In this document: positions 47,681 through 56,000 of the stretch, piece after piece
How positions within the stretch are numbered: position 1 is the stretch's first letter
How the letters are laid out: each line of letters begins with the position of its first letter
Virus record (IMG/VR): IMGVR_UViG_3300047489_000453
Span: 1 to 64,000 of that record
Length of the DNA: 64,000 nt
Source of the DNA: a virus
Direction: 5' to 3' (one strand)
The notes under the pieces: generated by a model
Told to the model about the DNA's origin: nothing
Database searches by the model: none
Seen by the model: only the letters and a program-made list of their open reading frames with translations
Position numbers and translations under genes: made by a program

Positions 47681-49590
47681 TATAGTACGCCCTTGCTCTG
47701 TTCAGGCACTTTGCCAAGCTCATTAACGTCAAATCCTTTTACCTTACCTTTACGACCAAAATCAACAGCTTTTGCCAATGATGGCACATATGATGTGCCA
47801 GCTTCGTCGCTTATGGCGCCTCTATGCACAGCTTGTAAGGTAGATTTTCTTAGATTGCTCCCCAGCATTCTAGTCATCCAGTCAGGGTCATGCTGAAGAT
47901 TTTCTAGACCTCTGACAAAATGGGGCTCAAACGGTGGAGGTTCTTTGTGGACTGTAATATCTTTTATGCCAAATTTTTCAAACTCTCTAACCATAGACGG
48001 CCTTATAGGCGTGCCTATCGTATAGTGAAGAACAGGTTTTTCCAAATAGCTTCCTACTCCTTGATTAGGCTTAACCGTTCTACTGTCTTGTCTAGGCTCC
48101 CATACGCTTTCAACTGAGTCATAAGGTATGACGTCGTCAGGGTTAAACTGATTATATTCGTCATTCATGATGACATGGTTGATAAGGCCTTTGGACATTA
48201 CCTCTATATTTCTGCGATGGCCGTACATGCCGGCCTCTTTCATTGCAGTCCTAAAAGAATTAACGAATTGGCGACGGCCCTCGCCTATTCCCCTAAACTT
48301 AGTAAATTGAGCAGGGTTGGGAATACCAGAGGATATGACATCTCCGGCTTCTACAGTATCGCCTACCTTTACTGAAGCGGAAGCCTCAGGGCTGACGTAA
48401 TGTTCTACGCCGTCTATAGTTACAAATACACCACCAGTAGGCGCAGGTTTAATATTTGATACTCTACCGTCCTTTTGTGCATGAGTAGCCCAGAATGGAG
48501 ACTGCTTAGGGATTTGCACTAATTGATTGAGGTGCCTAAAACCAGACACAGACGCGGACGCTCCTGCGATACCGCCAGTGTGTTTAGAGTTTAGCTGCCC
48601 TTGAGAAATGGGCTCTGATAAAGCCTGCATAGCAGCAATTCCAACAGCATCTCCTATAGGTGCAAGACCTGATCTTTCTCTAATTCCTAGGTCCCTTGCA
48701 TATAGCCCTCCACCGGCAGCTCCCGACGCTATTGGGCTCCTGATGACTATTCTGTCTATGTTCTTTGATTTTAAATCTTTAAGAACTCTAGGCGTGAGCA
48801 CAGTGTTTCTTCCGTAACCTCCGGCAGGCATTCCTAATAGTGCGCCTTCGTTTTCCTCGTCATCCGTGTCTACCGGCATCCCCCTGTTCTCTATTGATTT
48901 AGGGTCGTCAGCATCTTCGCCAGTAACTATCATCCTGTGGCCGATTTGATTTAATTGCTTGGAAAAGAAGCCTGCGTCCATAACTGAGAACTTGGTATCT
49001 GTGATACCTTTTCGTGTACCAAAGCTCCCTGCGAAGTATTCAGACGGAGTTAGTCCTTTTGAATAAGAGTTAAATACTGGTATTGGTATTTCTCTATCGT
49101 GATGATCGGTATATAAAATGTCGCCGCCTCTAAGGCTTTTGAGGTTTTTAGGCTTACCTCTGGACCCGGACTGAATTTGCCTAGCTAACTGATTTCCTTC
49201 AGCGCTAGCTTCATCAAATATACCTTTTTCTAGATCTTTTTGAGAATTAGCTAAGATAGCTACAATTTGTTTATTCTTATCGTCATCAGTGAGCTGTCTA
49301 TTTGAAATAATTGAGTCTATAGCTGCTTTAAGTTTTAGTTTTCTGTCGTGATAAAATTTTGATTCCCTAAGATCGCTAAGACCAAAAGAGAAGCCACCAG
49401 AGTTATATGACACGTCTCTACCGACGTCCATAAGCCCTTTGGCTATCTGTCTGTATTTGTCTGGGTGATTTTCTGCTACCGTCTGAAGAATACCTTGAAC
49501 TGCTTTGGTATCTAGAACTCTAGAGTAGTCCTTAAGCTCGTCAGGAAGCGCGTCATTAACCATGATTTGACCTATAGTGGTCTTTAACAT
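47680..49590 (-). CDS. Phage multisubunit RNA polymerase, beta' C-terminal half (bridge helix, trigger loop)
   Basis: TTIGQIMVN, QSGSRGK, bridge helix GLTPSEYF...GTRKGITDT...AGFFSKQL, trigger loop GDAVGIAAMQALSEPISQGQLNSKHTGG. Confidence 0.92.
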   Translation of the reverse strand: MLKTTIGQIMVNDALPDELKDYSRVLDTKAVQGILQTVAENHPDKYRQIAKGLMDVGRDVSYNSGGFSFGLSDLRESKFYHDRKLKLKAAIDSIISNRQLTDDDKNKQIVAILANSQKDLEKGIFDEASAEGNQLARQIQSGSRGKPKNLKSLRGGDILYTDHHDREIPIPVFNSYSKGLTPSEYFAGSFGTRKGITDTKFSVMDAGFFSKQLNQIGHRMIVTGEDADDPKSIENRGMPVDTDDEENEGALLGMPAGGYGRNTVLTPRVLKDLKSKNIDRIVIRSPIASGAAGGGLYARDLGIRERSGLAPIGDAVGIAAMQALSEPISQGQLNSKHTGGIAGASASVSGFRHLNQLVQIPKQSPFWATHAQKDGRVSNIKPAPTGGVFVTIDGVEHYVSPEASASVKVGDTVEAGDVISSGIPNPAQFTKFRGIGEGRRQFVNSFRTAMKEAGMYGHRRNIEVMSKGLINHVIMNDEYNQFNPDDVIPYDSVESVWEPRQDSRTVKPNQGVGSYLEKPVLHYTIGTPIRPSMVREFEKFGIKDITVHKEPPPFEPHFVRGLENLQHDPDWMTRMLGSNLRKSTLQAVHRGAISDEAGTSYVPSLAKAVDFGRKGKVKGFDVNELGKVPEQSKGVL

Positions 49591-49599
49591 GGTACTCTC

Positions 49600-49812
49600 C
49601 TATAAATTAATCTTCCTGATAACTGGTTTATCCAGCCCGTGATCTTCTAGAACTTTTAAAAAATCATCATCGCCTGCAGTGGCGCAGACGATGATGTTTT
49701 TATCATTCTCAATAAAAACAGCTATAGGATTATTCATATTGTCGTAAACCACCAGCCTGGTAGCGGGCGACAGCCTATGATTTAAAAGATTATTATGATA
49801 ATCCAATAACAT
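49600..49812 (-). CDS. Small hypothetical protein
   Basis: 70 aa, TAATG-coupled, directly upstream of the beta'-C gene. Confidence 0.55.
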   Translation of the reverse strand: MLLDYHNNLLNHRLSPATRLVVYDNMNNPIAVFIENDKNIIVCATAGDDDFLKVLEDHGLDKPVIRKINL

Positions 49813-50456
49813 TATTTTTTCTTTCTAAGCAAGTACATCATTCCAGCGGCTTTCTCAGCTACAGAGATTTTAGCCGACTTAATTGGAGAGGTGTCTTGCG
49901 AAGAAGCGCTCGTAGCATCTTCACCATCTTTAGCTGGCGACGATACGTCATCTAGAATGTCATGAGGAAGGTTAAGCCCTAACGATGAATACAGGTGTGT
50001 CAAAAGCTTCTGTATTCTATGCATGTACAGCTCAACTTGCCCATTATCGTTTTTCTTTGAGGCTTTACCGGTGCCTTTGGCCCCGGCTAAAGCTTTTTGA
50101 AGCTCTTCCTGTACCACAGTTCTAATTTGCTCAGTAGGATCAGCTGGAGGGGATGCTCCGGCCGCAGCTGGATCCATAGGAGGCGCTCCGCCCATCATAG
50201 CTGGGTCCATAGGAGGCGCTCCGCCCATCATGGAGGGGTCCATAGGAGGTGCGCCGCCTGGAGGCATGCCGCCCATCATGGAGGGGTCCATAGGGGCTCC
50301 ACCTGGAGGCATGCCCCCCATCATAGATGGATCCATAGGAGGCGCTCCGCCCGGAGGCATACCGCCCATAGCTGCTGGGTCGCCGCCTTGGGTAGGAACA
50401 AAAGCACTTTTAATGCTATTTTTTGCTGATTGAAGCAGGAATCTATTAACTGCCAT
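49812..50456 (-). CDS. Met/Gly/Pro-repeat protein with K-x-A motifs
   Basis: GGMPPGGAPPMDPSMM-type repeats; IKSA twice, EKAA. Confidence 0.65.
   Translation of the reverse strand: MAVNRFLLQSAKNSIKSAFVPTQGGDPAAMGGMPPGGAPPMDPSMMGGMPPGGAPMDPSMMGGMPPGGAPPMDPSMMGGAPPMDPAMMGGAPPMDPAAAGASPPADPTEQIRTVVQEELQKALAGAKGTGKASKKNDNGQVELYMHRIQKLLTHLYSSLGLNLPHDILDDVSSPAKDGEDATSASSQDTSPIKSAKISVAEKAAGMMYLLRKKK
50170..50370 (-). repeat. Coding tandem repeat (about 5 imperfect units of (GGMPP)GGAPPMDPxMM)
   Basis: Recurring CCATAGGAGGCGCTCCGCCCATCAT units on the + strand. Confidence 0.85.
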
Positions 50457-50500
50457 TGTATTTTATCTCCGTTTTAAGCCCCAGTATATGCATCGCGTGT

Positions 50501-51397
50501 TTATATTTTTCCAGAATCGTCAGTATGCATTTTGTCGAATAGTATTGGGCTATCTCCAATATTATCAGAAGTATGACTAAAGTCAGGTTGCACAAGTTGT
50601 TTATATGGATCGTGCAATCCAGTAGAACCTGGAAACTTACCAGTATAAGGATTAGGCCTTACAGGTATAAGAGGAGCAGAGTTTTTAGCTGCTTCTCTTT
50701 CTGCTAACATTTTGCCTAAAATAGAGCTTAAACTTCCAGCTCCTGCACCTATTACACCGCCGCCCAGCGCGCCTGTTGCAAATCTGTTTAACATCCCTTT
50801 TCTTTTGCTGCCTAAAGCTAAGTTTCCTACGCCGCCTACACCGGCTCCAATTAGAGAACCCATAATAGCTTTTTGAACTCTTGGGTCTAATTGTCCATAA
50901 GCCGACATAATATCAGATACCGCAGCACTTTTATTAAAGGCTCTGAGAACATGATTAGCGTTATTAAAGCCTGATTCTTTTATGCTCATTTCTTCAACTC
51001 CTAAAGTATCTGCGCTTCCGCATTTCCATTTTCTTAAAGACTTGTTAATCCTGCTGTCCGGGTCATTAGCCGTCTCAGATGAAGTAAGTTTTGACTTCAT
51101 GCCTTTCATTCTGGCGCAGAAGCTATCTTTGCGCGCCCCGCCTTCCGGCTGAGGCCTCTTTATATCATGCCCTTGCGCCTTTAAGCTAGCCCTGCCTTTT
51201 TCGTTTAATCCGCCTTCTGGATTCTTACCTTCGGCTTTTTGCCAGGCGGCTGTGCCTTTTTTCTCTGATATTGATGTTACTTTCTTCCAGTTTTTTGCAT
51301 CTGGATAGTCTTTATCGCCTGGCTTGGCTGGAGCCTCGCCTCTCTCTTTTTTAGCGTGAATATTAGCCCACAACCCCGGCTTAGACTTATCTGCCAT
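50501..51397 (-). CDS. Mosaic protein: small basic phage modules (DUF6321-like) plus a glycine zipper
   Basis: AAWQKAEGKNPEGGLNEKGRAS...SFCARMKGMK...DPDSRINKSLRKWKC, then NKSAA and GSLIGAGVGGVG / GALGGGVIGAGAG. Confidence 0.65.
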   Translation of the reverse strand: MADKSKPGLWANIHAKKERGEAPAKPGDKDYPDAKNWKKVTSISEKKGTAAWQKAEGKNPEGGLNEKGRASLKAQGHDIKRPQPEGGARKDSFCARMKGMKSKLTSSETANDPDSRINKSLRKWKCGSADTLGVEEMSIKESGFNNANHVLRAFNKSAAVSDIMSAYGQLDPRVQKAIMGSLIGAGVGGVGNLALGSKRKGMLNRFATGALGGGVIGAGAGSLSSILGKMLAEREAAKNSAPLIPVRPNPYTGKFPGSTGLHDPYKQLVQPDFSHTSDNIGDSPILFDKMHTDDSGKI

Positions 51398-51415
51398 TTT
51401 TAACTCCTTTTAAAA

Positions 51416-51510
51416 CCAGTTAAAAGCCTTCATCTACTCTGTCGCACTTCCGCTTCGAGTGATGATTAGTCCCAGGAAAGTGCTAAAACGGGCCCTAGGC
51501 TTTCAACTGG
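51416..51510 (-). ncRNA. Candidate structured RNA: 14-bp outer stem, 13/14-nt internal bubble, 8-bp inner stem
   Basis: CCAGTTGAAAGCCT pairs with AGGCTTTTAACTGG and GCACTTTC pairs with GGAAGTGC; both mismatches are G-U pairs only on the minus strand. Confidence 0.4.
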
Positions 51511-51521
51511 ATCTATAGATA

Positions 51522-53009
51522 CTAACGCTTAGAGCCTATCTCTTTAAGCAAATTCAAGAACTTTTCATTAAGTTCTTGCTTCTTTTGTGCTGCTGCCATC
51601 AAGTATTCGTCAGTGGCAGGATCGCCTTCAGGTTTAAACCCTATTAGTCCTAGCAGCGATTTTAGCCTACTTGGAGCCGTTCTCGCCAGATATCTTTCTA
51701 TTTTTACTTTTCTCTCTTCAGGTGGAAGGTGCTCATGGCTGTCAAACCTTAAAGCTCTTCCTTCGCTTTGCGACCCTCTGCTGGTATTCCAGTGCGGGTC
51801 CAGTAGCTGCACTAGCTTTGTGCCTTTAAACGATAGCCCCTCTGTTCCGGCTGGGCCTAGCAGAGCCACCTTTAACTTATCAGCATTAAAATCATCTACT
51901 AGTTTTTTCCTTTCCTTGTCGCTTAACGCCCCTGTAAAGGAGGCGGCAGGTATACCAGCTTTATTTAATGCAGCCAGGTAAGGAGACAAGCCGGCGTCAA
52001 CAAAATTAGAAAATACTAACGCCTTGCCTCTTGGGTCTGTCTTAAGAAGGGTATTAAGCCTATTAAACGCCTCGTTTAGTTTTGGAGACTCTTTGAACGC
52101 CTTCATAGGGTCGGCATTATCTTTCATAAATGGAAGAGTGGATAAGCCTACTTGTCTTGGTCCTGTTAAAAAGCTTACTAACTTTTTTGACTCCTCATCT
52201 GTGAGAGGGTAGTTAAGTTGTAGCTTCCATTTAAGAAGAGTCGGCAGCTTTCCAAACAATTGATTATATAAATCTGTCTGGTCTCTGCTCATCTCTACTA
52301 TTACGTCTTCTCTGTTAATGTCAGCTCTTGGTTTTAAAGGAGCAAAGTAATCTACCTTACCTTTTAATGATTTTTTTAGCTCTTCCACGTTTTTTAATTC
52401 TGGGTCGTGGGCTTTTACATTTAGAAGCAGCTTATACCATGGGGCCTTTTCTGGTTTGCTTACGTACCTTTCAGAGAAGGCCTCAGGCGTCATTTCGCTA
52501 TCGGTAAGTACGTTATAAGGTACGGCAAAGTCGGCTGGGCTATTAACTATGGGGGTTCCAGTAAGAAGAACAGCTTGTCTAGCCTTCCTTGCTGCCTCTA
52601 AGAGATTCTTAGTCTGGGCTGACTCCATATTTCTAAATCTATGAGCCTCGTCTACTAATAAAGATTCGGGATGCTCTATAGGCTTGCCCATAGCCAGTCC
52701 CGTATGGCTCATTATTGATGACGGGGTAGCAGTTGCAGGATCTATAAATTTTTCCTGCTCTTTTTTAAGATTAGTTCTAAGAGCTGCCGGCACTATGGCC
52801 GTGTAAGGAATTTTAGTAGCATCAGCGGCCGCCAGACCGCTTAAAGTCTTGCCCGACCCAAGACTATGATAGAGCAGCATTCTAGCTCTATCTTTTTTAT
52901 CTATCTGTTCTTGAACCTTGTCTACAACGGCCTGCTGATGCGGCTGTAGATTTACGCCTTGAGCTAAGTCGGCCTGCTTACAAATTGTGGAGACGTCGAC
53001 ACTACTCAC
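51522..53009 (-). CDS. SNF2-family (SF2) helicase/ATPase
   Basis: LQPHQ, HSLGSGKT, VDEAH, LLTGTP, ALVFSNF, GTEGLSF, QSEGRALR; coupled (GTGA) to the RNAP fusion gene. Confidence 0.92.
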   Translation of the reverse strand: MSSVDVSTICKQADLAQGVNLQPHQQAVVDKVQEQIDKKDRARMLLYHSLGSGKTLSGLAAADATKIPYTAIVPAALRTNLKKEQEKFIDPATATPSSIMSHTGLAMGKPIEHPESLLVDEAHRFRNMESAQTKNLLEAARKARQAVLLTGTPIVNSPADFAVPYNVLTDSEMTPEAFSERYVSKPEKAPWYKLLLNVKAHDPELKNVEELKKSLKGKVDYFAPLKPRADINREDVIVEMSRDQTDLYNQLFGKLPTLLKWKLQLNYPLTDEESKKLVSFLTGPRQVGLSTLPFMKDNADPMKAFKESPKLNEAFNRLNTLLKTDPRGKALVFSNFVDAGLSPYLAALNKAGIPAASFTGALSDKERKKLVDDFNADKLKVALLGPAGTEGLSFKGTKLVQLLDPHWNTSRGSQSEGRALRFDSHEHLPPEERKVKIERYLARTAPSRLKSLLGLIGFKPEGDPATDEYLMAAAQKKQELNEKFLNLLKEIGSKR

Positions 53010-56000
53010 TTTCCTGTCTCCATTATCACGACTCTATCGTTAATATCTATGTCGCCAGATCTGTAAGCTCTTATAGCGTCAGCTTTGGTCTTAAAGTATT
53101 TCTCTGGTCTTTTTGAAGGAGCAGCGGATGCAGCGTATAGCCCGCCCTGATACTCGTTAGCTGGAAGCTGATGAACTTTAAATGACTTAGCTGCCATAAG
53201 GTTACGACTTGGCAACATCTTTTCCATCGCGTCTTTTACAGCCTCGTCCGTGCTTGGAACGTGATAGTTCATGGCATCGCCATCAAAGTCGGCATTAAAA
53301 CCTTTTACTATTATTGGAGACACCTGTAGCGTGCTACCTTTTACCAGCTTAGGCTTAAACGCCATTACACCATATCTGTGAAGAATAGGCGCCCTTGTCA
53401 CTATTACGGGCCTTGCGTCCATCTCGGCAACCATGGCGTCTCTGGCCATGTTGTCTTTCTTATCAATCATGTCGGCAGCTTTAAACCTATCAACGCCTCT
53501 ACGAATAAGACGCCTCATTATAAACGGTTTATATACTGACCAGGCTCTATCCTCTGGAAGGCCTACTTCGTCCATGTCCAGATCAGGGTTAGGAGTAATT
53601 GCCGCCCTTCCTACCATATCAACTTGAGAGCCTAAAAGTTTTCTTTGAACAACGCCAAACTTAGGATTATCTCCGAATACTTGCTTTAATATTCCTTTTA
53701 CGTTTTTCTTTTCAAGCTTTGGATTAACAGAATCTCCAAGGCCAGTTATAGCCTTAAATGAGTCATAAAGAGCTAGTCTGTGTTGAGACAAGTCAGAAAA
53801 TGACTTTGAAGCTTCTCTGAACTCATTATTAACGTCGATAAGTTCCTTGTATAGGTAGTTAGCATCTCCGACCATCGGTAGACCGTTGTTAGACATTATA
53901 CTTACAGGTCTAAACACTGGAGGCAAAACGGGTACTTTTGTAAGCATCCATTCTGATGGGTGTATCTTAAGGTTCTTAGCGCTCTTAAGATAACTAAGCT
54001 TTCTTACAGCGTCGTCCCTGTACGACTTTTTACCGGACGCAATTATAGCTCTGGCTTTGGCTATTTCTTGATCCACGTTCATGGATTTGAGCGCATTAGC
54101 TATGGCTGAGGGCCCAGAGGCACCTCCAAGCTGCTCTTTTCCAGCTAGTACGTCTCTAAATTTATTCTCAGTTAGACCTAGAACTCTTCTTATAGGGTCT
54201 TCCATAACAGGGTTAGGCATTGCCTCGTGAAGCTTTATATGGCTCCACATGTTGCCGCCATGCCCGCCTGTAAGAGATACGTCAAATAGACCGCCACCAG
54301 CAGGCTCAAGACCTTTGCCCCAGTCTACTGTATCTGATTTTTTGATTTCCCTATTTCCTGACAGGGAATCTATATCCTTGTCAGTAAGGGCCATAAGTTG
54401 TGTCTTAGTTCCACTTCTTACAGGGTTTATTCCAGACGCCTGGAGCTGAGCCATGAACTTTCTGTAAGTCAGTGGGACTCTAGGTATTGGAAGAGGTCCG
54501 CCTGTCATAAAGGACGCCCAGTAATCTTCGTTCTTCTGGCCCCTTATAGCGCCGGCATCCCTAAGTACTTCGTGAGCGCCGTGTGACAATAAAGCGTTAA
54601 CGTCCATTAATGATACGCGCTTGCTTCCTTCTTCACCGCCCTTGGCCGGAGTCTCTTCAGAGGTATATCCGCCGCTGCCTATACCTCTACCCTGGCCTTT
54701 AGACTCCGAGGTATGGTGTAGCTTTAAAAAGAACCTGTTTCCTGTGAATATGCCTTTTATTTTTCTTCCAGTCTCCGGGTCTTCAATATCTTCCTTGTCG
54801 CTCATGTTATTTTTTTTAAGTTCATTAAGAGCAAACTCGGTAAGATCCTGGATGTTTTCAAAATCTTTTACCGCGTACCTTTTTCCAGTCTTTGCAGCTA
54901 TCTTTCCTAGAGCAGCCTCAATCATCTGACTTGGGTTTGTTCTAGATATAACGCCAAGGGGATTAAGAAGAATGTCAAAAGGATTGCCCTCTGAATCTCT
55001 AGGCATTTTTGAATCTGGAATAACGGCGGATATAACTCCCTTATCGCCATATCTACCTGACAGCTTGTCGCCTTCTTTTGAACTGCTAAGGCTTTTTACA
55101 GTTACTGATACTCCCTTATTTGTCTTGGTAACATCTGTAACTACGCCATCGTTTTCGTGGTCCCAGGTAATAGATGCATTACTAAACCCAGTCTTTGACC
55201 TGCCTATCTGTTGATTGTGTGACCTTGAAAGAATTTTGGCCTGTAAAAATAAAGGGTCTCCCTTTCTTACTACAGTGCCTGGCTTTATGGCGCCGTCATC
55301 GTCCAGAGAGTCAACTACCTGTCTAGAATAGTCTGAAGGAAATAATGTTAGAAATCCTCTTTTGCCTTCTTTAGTTTCCTTGCCAAATTCAGCTTGGTGC
55401 TGATACATGTGCTCTGACGTTAATTTTTTAGCGGCGCTTTCAGATATAACTACAGCGTCTTCAAAGTTATAGCCTTTATAAGGAATGTAGGCGGTTCTAA
55501 GATTAATGCCCAGAGCAGCTGTACCTTTTTCATCGGTATAGTTTGACCTTGCTAACAGCCCGCCTTTTTTTACCATATCGCCAACTTTTACAGTTGGAGT
55601 GTTGTGTAAAAAGGTTTTTCTATTAAAAGGTAAATTGTTGTATATCTCTTGCTTGTAAAGCTTTCCGTCTGTTCCTCTAATTCTAACCTCGTCGTTGTCG
55701 GCATAAATTACTTGGCCATCAACATCAGAGTAGGCTGCGCCCATATGCTTGCCGTATTCCTCTTCATATGATTTATCCTCTTCGCCAAGCTTACCGGACT
55801 GCACAAGTGGGGCCTCTGGATTTTTCAGAGGCAGAGCCTGGGTAAGCATTCTTGAACCCATCACTACTCTTTGGCCAAATGTAGCGCTCTTAAGCGGAAC
55901 CATGTTGGCAAGGTGATTAAAGGCGCTGTCCATTCTAGGCAGTTCGAAGTCAACATCTTGTCTATCAACATATTTAATCTTACCGCCGGCCATAGCGGCT

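Noticed and set aside
50170-50370. CRISPR array
   Set aside because: Repeats are in-frame coding units with synonymous variation and no unique spacers; no cas genes.
49591-53005. Intron or intein explaining the beta' split
   Set aside because: No intein terminal motifs or group I/II intron features were seen; the beta'-C gene has its own AGGAG RBS and ATG, and the interval holds ordinary genes.
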